From Macrostomum lignano (taxonomy: Eukaryota), in assembly GCA_002269645.1 (NCBI GenBank), contig NIVC01004355.1:1-49019 (forward strand): DNA of 49,019 nucleotides, in the 5' to 3' direction. Numbering within the stretch: position 1 is the first letter of the stretch; each line of letters begins with the position of its first letter. Shown here in pieces: positions 24,925-37,344 of the stretch. The position numbers were made by a program, and so were the translations under genes. The notes beneath the pieces were generated by a model. That model searched no databases. It was not told where the DNA came from and saw only the letters and a program-made list of their open reading frames with translations.

Positions 24925-27900
24925 ATGTCTGCTAACGCAAACGGCGGTCAGGAGGACGCCAGCACCGAGCCAAAGACGGTCATCCACGTGGACGATTTCG
25001 GCTTTCGAGAGGCCCTGGAAACTAACAATCGGGAGGACACCTGGTGCAGGTAAGACTGACAAGGTCTCTCCAAGCATTCGAGACATTTCAAATCAATATA
25101 GAGACATTTCCAATCAATATAGAGACATTTCCAATCAATATAGAGACATTTCCAATCAATACAGAGACATTTTCAATCAATATAGAGACATTTCCAATCA
25201 ATATAGAGACATTTCCTATCAATACAGAGACATTTCCAATCAATATAGAGACATTTCCAATCAATATAGAGACATTTCCAATCAATACAGAGACATTTCC
25301 AATCAATACAGAGACATTTCCAATCAATATAGAGACATTTCCGATCAATATGAAGCATTTCCAATCAATTTGTAGAGACATTTCCAATCAATACAGACAT
25401 TTTCAATCTATATAAAAACATTTCCAATTAACATAGACATTTCCTATCAGTATAGAGACATTTCCAATCAACACAGAGACATTTCCAATCAATACAGAGA
25501 CATTTCCGATCAATATAGAGACATTTCCAATCAACACAGAGACATTTTTAATCAATAGAGACATTCCAAAAGCAATATCTATGCTACCACTTTCAAACTT
25601 AGGGAGCCGCGAAAGAAGACTCTTCGAATCATTGAAAGCTTAGCATTTCGCCTAGCAACCATGGCGCTGATACTGCTGGACCTCGTGCTGGTCATTGTTG
25701 ACCTCGCCGACCCGAAACCAGCATACGACTACGTAGGCCTGGTCATTGTTATTCTGTTTGTTATCGAGGTTGGCGTGAGGATTTTTGCTCTGGGGTAAGT
25801 TTTTTGGGACCATTAATATGAGGATTAGAATTGGATTGAGCAGTCTGACTCGCTTTCTAGCGCCTAAGAACATGGGTTCGATTCCTTGCACCAGGAGCCA
25901 GCGGAATGAGCATGAATGCTTGCCTCCCGCTCAACTCCAACGAGGACCAAACCCAATGAGGACCAACCCCAATGAGGACCAACAACCCCAATGAGGACCA
26001 ACAACCCCAGTGAGGACCAACCCCAGTGAGGACCAACAACCCCAATGAGGACCAACCCCAATGAGGACCAACCCCAATGAGGACCAACAGTTCCAACGAG
26101 GACCAACCCCAAAGAGGACCAACCCCAAAAAGGACCAACCCCAACGAGGACCAGTAACCCCAATAAGGACCAACAACCCCAATGAGGACCAACAACTATA
26201 ATGAGGACCAACCAAGATTTTTAAATAGTTTCATGACGTCCATGCAGTTCCAAGTTGTGAATTCTAAACACCAATTTCAGACCGGAGAAATTTTTCAGCA
26301 ACTGGATCATGGTGCTGGACTTTGCTGTTGTCCTTTTAACCTTTATTGTTAGCGTGGTGTTTATGTCGGTGCCCGACTTGAGCGACACCGCCAAGCTGGG
26401 GAAGTGAGTGCTAAATTTAGGGGTAGAATCATTCATCCATTCTGACCATTGGCATTAATCTATCCACATCTATCCATTAATCTATCCACATCTATCCATT
26501 GATCTATCCACATCTATCCATTGATCTATCCACATCTATCCATTGATCTATCCACATCTATCCATTGATCTATCCACATCTATCCATTGATCTATCCACA
26601 ACTATCCATTGATCTAACCACAACTATCCATTGATCTATCCAAATCTATCCATTGATCTATCCACATCTATCCATTGATCTACCCACATCTATCCATTGA
26701 TCTATCCACATCTATCCATTAATCTATCCACATCTCTCCATTGATCTACCCACATCTCTCCATTGATCTACCCACATCTATCCATTGATCTATCCACAAC
26801 TATCCATTGATCTATCCAAATCTATCCATTGATCTATCCACATCTATCCATTGATCTACCCACATCTATCCATTGATCGATCCAAATCTATCCATTGATC
26901 TATCCACATCTATCCATTGATCTATCCAAATCTATCCATTGATCTATCCACATCTATCAATTGATCTATCCACATCTATCCATTGATCTATCCACATTTA
27001 TCCATTGATCTATCCACATCTATCCATTGATCTATCCACATCTATCCATTGATCTATCCACATCTATCCATTGATCTATCATATCTGATCTATATGTGGA
27101 TAGATCCATCTATCCAATAATCTACCCAATCTATCCATTGATCTATCACCATATATCCAATGAGCTACCCCCCTCTATATATTGATCTACTCACATATAT
27201 CCATTGATCTATTCATATCTAATCTGTACATCTCTGATCGTACATATCTATTCATTGATCTATTCACTGATTCATGGCTTCATTCTATCCATGAATAAGC
27301 TAAACTGCTCATGCAGATGTACAGACAAACTCAGTCAGCTCACCCTCCCACCCTCAAGGCTGGTGGTGCTCGCCCGTCTCATTCGCCTACCCCGCCTCGT
27401 CGCCCTGGTCCGCGTGTTTCTCACCGAGAGGAAAAACCTCACCAAGGCAACGCGTCACGTGGTGTCGCAGAACAAGAAGCGATACGAGGACGACGGCTTC
27501 GATTTGGATCTGTGCTACATCACCGGTGGGAGGCTGGGGATAGGATTCGAGTTTGGCGACTTCTGCCCGGTTTCCATCCTCCCTCACCGTGCTTAGTTCC
27601 GCCCCTTCTCTTGCCCAGTTCCGCCCCTTCTTTTGCCCAGTTCCGCCCCTTCTTTTGCCCAGTTCCGCCCCTTCTCTTGCCCAGTTCCGCCACCTCCCGT
27701 GTCCAGTTCCGCCACCTCCCGTGTCCAGTTCCGCCCTCTCCCGTATCCAGTTCCGCCCCTTCCCGTGTCCAGTTCCGCCCTCTCCCGTGTCCAGTTCCGC
27801 CCTCTCCCGTGTCCAGTTCCGCCCTCTCCCGTGTCCAGTTCCGCCACCTCCCGTGTCCAGTTCCGCCCCTTCCCGTGTCCAGTTCCGCCCTCTCCTGTGT

Positions 27901-30900
27901 CCAGTTCCGCCCTCTCCCATATCCAGTTCCGCCCCTTCCCGTGTCCAGTTCCGGTACACGGTAGTTATCTCATATTTTAGCCATAAAAATGTATTGCAGA
28001 AAAGGTGATCGCCATGTCATATCCTTCCTCCGGGTTGATGGCAATGTACAGGAATCCTATCAAGGTAAAAAAGTACACTATCACTAAGCTACATGTATTG
28101 CAAAATTTCATTCCCAACTTTCAATGCTAGTAATTTGCTTTCGCAGGAAGTGGCCAAGTTTCTGGACCTGAAGCACTACAATCGCTATAAAGTGTACAAC
28201 TTGTGTAGTAAGTGACCTTTACTGTTGTTGCATGTGTATTAAAATTGTATTTTATTGTACTTCATCACTTGTGACAGGTGAGCGCTACTACGATTCAAGT
28301 TTCTTCCACGATCGAGTGGAACGATACCTGATTGATGACCACAATGTGCCAAGACTGAGGTAAACATGCAGCTGACGATGAATCTGGGTTTTGGTAGGGA
28401 GCGGATTTCAGTTATAGTAGGGAGCGGATTTCAGTTATAGTAGGGAGCGGATTTCAGTCATAGTAGGGAGCGGATTTCAGTTATAGTAGGGAGCGGATTT
28501 CAGTCATAGTAGGGAGCGGATTTCAGTCATAGTAGGGAGCGGATTTCAGTTATAGTAGGGAGCGGATTTCAATCATAGTAGGGAGCGGATTTCAGTTATA
28601 GTAGGGAGCTGATAAGAATTTGGGAGAGAGCGGATGCTATAGCCGTGGCCCGCAGTGGCTCATGGGAAGAAGCTGCTCAAACAGCAGCATCTCATTTTTC
28701 AAATTTGTGTTCTCCCAAATCCCCGACAGCGACATGGTGAAGTTCGCTAACAGCGTGCGCGACTGGCTGGCCGCCCATGAGCAGAACATCATCGTGGTGC
28801 ACTGCAAGGGCGGCAAAGGTCGCACTGGCACTATGATCTGCACCTACATGGTGGATAGCGATATTTATGAGAATGCCAAGGTAGTTAATTCCGATATGTT
28901 ACTATTCATACTTAGTGGACAATAAAGAAACTACAGAGCAGAACAACCTGCAAAAATACTAGACAGTAAGTAGTAGACATTAATAGATTATCACTAGCCA
29001 AACGGTTCGGGTTAAGCAGACACGGTGGCGGTTAGTTCGCAGCTTAATTGGCTGCTTCACTCTGAGAATCGTCCCTAAACCAGCCTGAGAGTCGCCTCTA
29101 AATCAGCCTGAGAGTCGCCCCTAAACCAGACTGAGAATCGCCCCTAAACCATCCTGAGAATCACCCCTAAACCAGACTGAGAATCGCCCCTAAACCAGAC
29201 TGAGAATCGCCCCTAAACCAGCCTGAGAGTCGCCCCTAAACCAGCCTGAGAGTCGCCTCTAAGCCAGACTGAGAATCGCCCCTAAACCAGCCTCAGTCGC
29301 CTCTAAGCCAGACTGAGAATCGCCCCTAAACCAGACTGAGAGTCGCCCCTAAGCCAGACTGAGAATCACCCTAAGCCAGACTGAGAGTCGCTTCTAAGCC
29401 AGACTGAGAGTCGCCTCTAAGCCAGATTGAGAATCGTCCCTAAACTAGCCTGAGAGTCGCCCCTAAACCAGCCTGAGAATCCTAATTGTGGCGGCCGCGC
29501 TGTTGACTGCGAATTCCAGGTTAAGCAACGGTTGTTTTGGTTAGACGCCAAAACAGTGAACATAATGGGCTATTTATGAATCATCAAGCGGCCCCCTTAC
29601 CTGTCCTCCTCAGGAGTGCCTGGATTTCTTCGGCCTGAAGCGAACTGACTATCAGCAGGGCATCAAGTTTCAGGGAGTGGAGACTCCCAGCCAGAACCGC
29701 TACGTGGGCTACTTTGAGACTGTTAAGAAGGAGTTCAACTATGAGATGCCGCCCGACACTCCTCTGATTGTCCGGAAGATCATCATTCACGGCATCTCCT
29801 GTGAGTGAGGAATAATAGCATCTTGATTCCTGACTCACCGATTCCTGACTCACCGATTCCTGACTCACCGATTCCTGACTCACCGATTCCTGACTCACCG
29901 ATTCCTGACTCACCGATTCCTGACTCACCGATTCCTGACTCACCGATTCCTGACTCACCGATTCCTGACTCACCGATTCCTTACTCACCGATTCCTTACT
30001 CACAGATTCCTTACTCACCGATTCCTTACTCACAGATTCCTTACTCACCGATTCCTGACTCACCGATTCCTGACTCACCGATTCCTGACTCACCGATTCC
30101 TGACTCACCGATTCCTGACTCACCGATTCCTGACTCACCGATTCCTGACTCACCGATTCCTTACTCACCGATTCCTTACTCACAGATTCCTTACTCACCG
30201 ATTCCTTACTCACCGATCTCTAACTCACCGATTCCTGATTCATCGATCTCTGACTCACCGATCTCCGTCTCACTGATCTCTGACTCACCGATGCTGACTC
30301 ACCGATTCCTTACTCATCGGTTATTGACTCACCGATTCCTGACTCATCGGTTATTGACTCACCGATTCCTTACTCATCGGTTATTGACTCACCGATTCCT
30401 GACTCATCGGTTATTGACTCACCGATTCCTTACTCATCGGTTATTGACTCACCGATTCCTGACTCATCGGTTATTGACTCACCGATTCCTGACTCATCGG
30501 TTATTGACTCACCGATTCCTGACTCACCAATTCCTGACTCACCGATTCCTTACTCTCCGATGCCTGATTCACCGATCTCTGAGTCACCGATCTCTGACTC
30601 ACCGATCTCTGACTCACCGATTACTGGCTCACCGATTCTTGACTCACCGATCGCTGACTCACCGATTACTGGCTCACCGATTCTTGACTCACCGATCGCT
30701 GACTCACCGATTCTTGACTCACCGATCTCTGACTCACCGATTACTGGCTCACCGATTCTTGACTCACCGATCGCTGACTCACCGATTCTTGACTCACCGA
30801 TCTCCGTCTCACTGATCTCAGACTCACCGATGCCTGACTCACTGATCTCTGACTCACCGATGCCTGACTCACCAATTCCTGACTCACCGATTCCTTACTC

Positions 30901-32559
30901 ACCGATTCCTGACTCACAAATTCCTGACTCACCGATTCCTTACTCACCGATTCCTGACTCACCAATTCCTGACTCACCGATTCCTTACTCACCGATGCCT
31001 GATTCACTGATCTCTAACTCACCGATCTCTGTCTCACTGATCTCTGTCTCACTGATCTTTGACTCACCGATTACTGGCTCACCGATTCTTGACTCACCGA
31101 TCGCTGACTCACCGATCTCTGACTCACCCATTCCTGACTCATCGATTCCTGACTCACCGATTCCTGACTCACTGGTTAATTATAGAATATTAAACAGACT
31201 ATAAATTTAATTTCCAAACTCTCAGCCATCGGCAACGGTGACGGCTCGGATTTCTGGTTTCGAATTTTCGAGGGCGGCAAGCAAGTTGGCGAGTTCGATC
31301 TGGGCATCAACAAGAACTGCATTGCCGAGTTTTCTCGGGAGACCGACAGCGCTGTAGTGACGCTGCGGAATCCACCAACAGTGCTCAACGATGTGAAGTT
31401 CAGCTTCTTTTCCAGAAATGTGAGCAAAATTCCTAATAACACTTTCCTGGATTCGAGTATTCGATAAAAAAACAATATTCGAAAATTTTCAGCGAAACGT
31501 GCCAACGGCTTACGAAAACTGCGCTTTCTTCTTTTGGATCTACACCTACTTCATTCAGGACCTGAAGTGAGTCTGAGATAAGAGGCCTAGATAATGAGCT
31601 AATGAGTTTTGTTCGACCAGAATTTTGCCCAAGACAGAAACATTAGCTGCTAGATAGACAGAGAACCTGTTAGACAGGTATGAGACCTGTTAGACAGGTA
31701 TGAGACCTGTTAGACAGGTATGAGACCTGTTAGACAGGTATGAGACCTGTTAGAAATACATAGGACCAGTCAGATAGACATAGAATCTTAGACAGACACG
31801 GGACCTGTTAGACAGTCACAGACCTGTTAGACAAGGAACCTGTTAGACAGACACGGAGACATGGAACCTGTTAGACAGACACAGAGACACGGAACCTGTT
31901 TGACAGACACAGAGACACGGAACCTGTTAGACAGACACGGAGACACGGAACCTGTTAGACAGACACGGAGACGCGGAACCTGTTCGACAGACACGGAGAC
32001 ACGGAACCTGTTAGACAGACACGGAGACACGGAACCTGTTAGACAGACACGGAGACACGGAACCTGTTAGACAGACACGGAGACACGGAACCTGTTTGAC
32101 AGACACAGAGACACGGAACCTGTTAGACAGACACAGAGACACGGAACCTGTTAGACAGACACGGAGACACGGAACCTGTTAGACAGACACAGAGACACGG
32201 AACCTGTTAGACAGACACGGAGACACGGAACCTGTTCGACAGACACGGAGACACGGAACCTGTTAGACAGACACAGAGACACGGAACCTGTTAGACAGAC
32301 ACGGAGACACGGAACCTGTTAGGCAGACACGGAACCGGTTAGACAAACGCGGGACCTGTTAGACACGAACAGACACGACACGAAACCTGCTACACAAGAG
32401 TGTAATTTGTAAGAGATACATGATAACTGTTAATCGGCAACTTAAATTGCCCACAGGATCAAGCTGGACCGAACTCAGCTCGATAATCCGCACAAATCCA
32501 AGACTTGGAAAGTATGGCATGAAAACTTCGCTGTGGAAGTTCTGTTCGACCAGCCTTAG
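24925..32559 (+). CDS. VSP: Voltage-sensing phosphoinositide phosphatase (VSP/TPTE/TPIP family), 507 aa, 12 exons
   Basis: Exons 24925-25049, 25603-25794, 26281-26403, 27359-27525, 28000-28064, 28147-28207, 28278-28359, 28730-28880, 29614-29800, 31226-31419, 31493-31566, 32457-32559; 1524 nt, all GT-AG and in phase. S1-S4 (LVVLARLIRLPRLVALVRVF), linker SQNKKRY..DGFDLDL, IDDHNVP, catalytic HCKGGKGR (VSP-type, versus PTEN HCKAGKGR), VETPSQ, and a C2 domain with LDNPHK. A further upstream exon is possible. Confidence 0.95.
25080..25565. repeat. 21-bp minisatellite (AGAGACATTTCCAATCAATAT)n, VSP intron 1
   Basis: Direct reading. Confidence 0.95.
25940..26215. repeat. 16-21-bp variable minisatellite (GAGGACCAAC(AAC)CCCAAT)n, VSP intron 2
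   Basis: Direct reading. Confidence 0.9.
26455..27205. repeat. 22-bp minisatellite (TCTATCCATTGATCTATCCACA)n, VSP intron 3
   Basis: Direct reading; decays toward the 3' end. Confidence 0.95.
27592..27953. repeat. 22-bp minisatellite (CCAGTTCCGCCCTCTCCCGTGT)n, VSP intron 4
   Basis: Direct reading. Confidence 0.94.
28395..28610. repeat. 23-bp minisatellite (TAGGGAGCGGATTTCAGTTATAG)n, VSP intron 7
   Basis: Direct reading, ~9 copies. Confidence 0.95.
29070..29482. repeat. 23-bp minisatellite (GAGAATCGCCCCTAAACCAGACT)n, VSP intron 8
   Basis: Direct reading. Confidence 0.94.
29825..31172. repeat. 15-bp minisatellite (TTCCTGACTCACCGA)n, ~90 copies, VSP intron 9
   Basis: Direct reading. It explains the IPDSP, FLTHR and QESVS ORFs. 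Confidence 0.97.
31665..32365. repeat. 20-bp hairpin-forming repeat (GAGACCTGTTAGACAGGTAT) followed by a related 28-bp repeat (AACCTGTTAGACAGACACGGAGACACGG)n, VSP intron 11
   Basis: Direct reading. Both share ACCTGTTAGACAG; ACCTGT/ACAGGT is self-complementary. Confidence 0.93.
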
Positions 32560-32693
32560 GCGGAATTTGCTGGTTGCTAAAGCGACCACAAGTATAACTA
32601 GCTGATTTTGAAAGTGAACAACTTGTCCAACAAAATGTGCTTAGTTGTTATTAACTGTAGAAAACAGGTTTGAACATATAATTTAATTGATTG

Positions 32694-32699
32694 AATAAA
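32694..32699 (+). terminator. Candidate polyadenylation signal AATAAA of the VSP gene
   Basis: First AATAAA, 135 nt after the stop codon. Confidence 0.5.
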
Positions 32700-32779
32700 A
32701 AACAAACTGAATATTTCTAATTCCAATCATTTTTCACTGTCACTAGTAGGTAAAAACTGCCTTGACTCTATTATTTTCC

Positions 32780-33338
<559 letters not shown>

Positions 33339-33353
33339 GTGTTCAGTTGCAAT

Positions 33354-35568
33354 TTACAGTCCACTTAGCAATGTCTCTCTGAACCAAAGGGTGGCAACCC
33401 ACTTAGAGCCATAGACAACGGGGCAGGCTCCGTGGTAGGTGAGCTCGTCCAGCTGTCCGTCCGGCTTTAAATTGCGCCAGAAAACGATGTCGCCGCTGAC
33501 TGGGCGAATTCGGGCTCCCAGAAATGGGAAAACTGTCTGACCGCCGGCGGGGACATCAGACAGGTAGATCAGGGCCGTTGCTATGCGGTCTCCGGCGCGG
33601 GACGTCTGGAGTGAAAGTGCACTTAATATGAGCGCCGCTCGCCGCACAATTACGAGCACTAAGTTACTATTATATTACTACCCTTGGCCTTGACCTTCAC
33701 CCACTTCGTTACTCTCTTGACCTAACTGTCCACCACTCGCTTGATTAACCCACAACTCCCTTGACCCACCACTCCATTGACTCACCACTCCCTTGACCAA
33801 CCACTACCTTTGACCCACCACTCCTTCGACTCACCACTCCATTGACTCACCACTCCATTGACCCACCACTCCATTGACCCACCACTCCATTGACCCACCA
33901 GGCTATTGGCTCTCCACTCTCTTGACCAGCAGGCTATTGACCCGCCAAGCTATTGACCCACCACTACCTTGACCCACCACTCCATTGACCCACCACTCCA
34001 TTGACCCACCACTCCATTGACCCACCACTCCATTGACCCACCAGGCTATTGGCTCTCCACTCTCTTGACCCAGCAGGCTATTGACCCGCCAAGCTATTGA
34101 CCCACCACTACCTTGACCCACCACTCCATTGACCCACCACTCCATTGACCCACCACTCCATTGACCCACCACTCCATTAACCCACCAGGCTATTGGCTCT
34201 CCACTCTCTTGACCCAGCAGACTATTGACCCGCTAAGCTATTGACCCACCACTACCTTGACCCACCACTCCATTGACCCACCAGGCTATTGGCTCTCCAC
34301 TCTCTTGACCCAGCAGACTATTGACCCGCTAAGCTATTGACCCACCACTCCCTTGACTTACCACTCCCTTGACCTACCACGCTATTGACCCACCAAGCTA
34401 TTGACCCACCACTCCCTTGACCCACCAGGCTATTGACACGGCTCCCAGCTCGACATACCTCGTTGCCGCCGCGGCCAACGAAAGCGTCGTAGTGCGCCTG
34501 GTAGAACCCGGCCGGGCCGTAGTTGACCACCTGCAGATCCTCCCGCACCCGATCCTCGAGGCCGAGCTGGCGCGCCAGGCGCCGCGTCAGCCGCGCCACC
34601 AGAGGATCGTCGACGTCGGCCAAGCGCCGGAATCCCGCCAGCCGGAGGTGCTCTTTGATGTTGCCGCCGCCGCCGCCGCGACGTGGATCCGCGATGCCAG
34701 CTGCCGCCAGTCCGTGGGGAGTCTGGCGTGCCAGCCGGATCAGGTGGCGCGCTTCGCGCTGACTGATGGCGCCACGCAACAGTAGCAGCCGGTTGTCTGG
34801 CGCCGCCTCCTCCAGACGCGCCGGTGGCAGCGCGCCGATCAGGCGGCACCGCAGAAGGTTGCTGCCGGACGTCGGCGGAGGCGCCAGGGCGCCAGAGCAG
34901 CTGTCGATGAAGACCTGCGGGGAAAAATTAAGGGAGAGGGGGGGTTGTAATCAAGACTGGGATGGACAGAGTTTCCGTCAGCGCTGGCTGTGAAACAATG
35001 TCATTCGTTATTGCTTATTAAAACTCGCCTGGTCCAAGTCCGGATCCAGCGACTCGCCAGCTTCAGCGGTCGCCATAGCAACGGCGTCGGCGGCCGCAGC
35101 GGAGTTGACCGCCGCCTCCCTCTCGCTCAGCCAGCCGTTGCCTCGGCAAAACTGCAGCCAGTCCCTGAACACGCCGAAGTCCTGCAGCAGGTGGTGTCCT
35201 CGGCCCTCAGTCAGCCTCTCCCTGGCCAGCCTCATCGCCTCCAAGCCCAGCTGCTTGGCCAGGGTGGTGTCTCCGGCCAGCTGTTCGGCCGTTACTGCCG
35301 GCCACAGGCGTCCGGGAAGTCCCCGAGGCCGCCGATGGAACTTGTGCAGCGTCAGCAGGGCCCGGAGACCTTCAATGCGCAGGGCTGTCGGCGAGGTGCT
35401 CATCAGGTAGAACGGGTTCGAGAGAATTTGCTCCAGCTCGTCTTGAGCAGCTTCATCCATTGCGGAGGCTGACCCGACTTCGGGCAGGTGAGCGCGGACC
35501 AGCTCAGCCATGGAGTGATAGTGAGGCGGTTGCTCTGGGCAGGGTGGGTTGGTCTGCACTTTGTGGCA
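33354..35568 (-). CDS. P4HA: Prolyl 4-hydroxylase alpha subunit-like 2OG-Fe(II) dioxygenase, 5'-incomplete
   Basis: Exons 35553 (or 35568)-35029 (GC donor), 34914-34459, 33605-33354, all phase 0. Motifs: LQVVNYGPAGFYQAHYDAF (HxD), GDRIATALIYLSDVPAGGQTVFP, TYHGACPVVYGSKWVATLWFRE (distal His and Lys). The N-terminal part (LSNPFY..GLRALLTL..TAEQ..LG..WL) resembles the P4HA N and peptide-binding domains. No signal-peptide exon found. Confidence 0.85.
33715..34440. repeat. 16-bp minisatellite (TTGACCCACCACTCCA)n organised in 144/96-bp higher-order units, last P4H intron
   Basis: The marker GGCTATTGGCTCTCC occurs at 33901, 34044, 34188 and 34284. Confidence 0.92.
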
Positions 35569-35575
35569 CTGATGG

Positions 35576-36273
<698 letters not shown>

Positions 36274-37344
36274 CTCTTACGACTGTCTGTGTGTTTAGCG
36301 GGACCTGAGTTATGTTAATGCGTTACGTGGACCACGCAATTCCGGTTAAAAAATAGAGTCTGTTTTGACAACGCGAAAGGCTAGCTAGGGTTATCTTTTT
36401 GTTAACTTGACGGAATAGCCAGTTCGGGGAAACTGTGGTGGTTCACTAACTACGTTTTGGGGACCGGGTTAGGTGGACCGCAAAAAAACAGTTGGTTTAG
36501 TTAGACCTCTTTCGTTGTAGAAAATTTATTGCTTTAAACTGTTCTTTTGAACTAATTAAAACAGAAATTCTCAAAAAGAACAGATAAAAGGGTTACGACG
36601 TCATTTAATGAAAATATCCCAAGTTCAAACCAATTTATTTAGCATTACTAATCGGGTTAATCGGTTAAACAAATGTACGATCGCATTAGTTAGTTGCGTC
36701 GCGTGAATACAAGAAGGTGAATGAAAATAAAGCATTTTGAAAATAAATACAGAATCATATCAAATACTAACTGTAAACTCATTAAAACTAATTTAGGTCA
36801 AAATGTATGCTTCAAATACATGTTAACAAACGTAAGATTCCATTAGTTAAAAAGGTCATCCGAGTACGAGCCTACAAGAAGTTGAAGGGCATTTTTAATA
36901 ACGACAAAAGTTACTAAAACTGAAATTAAATTGATTTGACTACATCAGTCCTATTATACTGAGTGAGTTGGTGAGCAATCATATGATAAGCCAATCATTT
37001 TACCGACTTTCATCTTTTCGTTCACGCAGATGATGGCCTTATCTTCTTATTTTTTCTACGAAATATTCTCCTGGACCTTCCCTGCCTCCGTGGTCCGGGA
37101 CCGCTTCTGTTATTGATCTGTCATTGCCTCTCTCACGAATTTCAGCTTACTCGCCATCGAATCCGCTTTCGTCAGCTCAGCTCTATGATGAACCTTTCTA
37201 TATTTCTCGTCAATTAGTGGTTTAAATCTTCTTTTACAGTTCGTTTTAACCTTCATCTCGGTGAAACGCAGTCAGTCTCGTCGAGCTCAGGCGAACAAAA
37301 TCAACCACAGGCTCCTACAAAGGTAGAAAATAAAAATAACTGAC

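Noticed and set aside
29584-31204. 336-aa, 214-aa and 209-aa repeat ORFs (IPDSP, FLTHR, QESVS)
   Set aside because: They lie inside VSP intron 9, which is bounded by canonical sites and in-phase conserved exons.
37090-37256. 48-aa basic ORF MKVKTNCKRRFKPLIDEKYRK... on the minus strand
   Set aside because: Short, no signal peptide, no recognisable motif or splice link to P4H.
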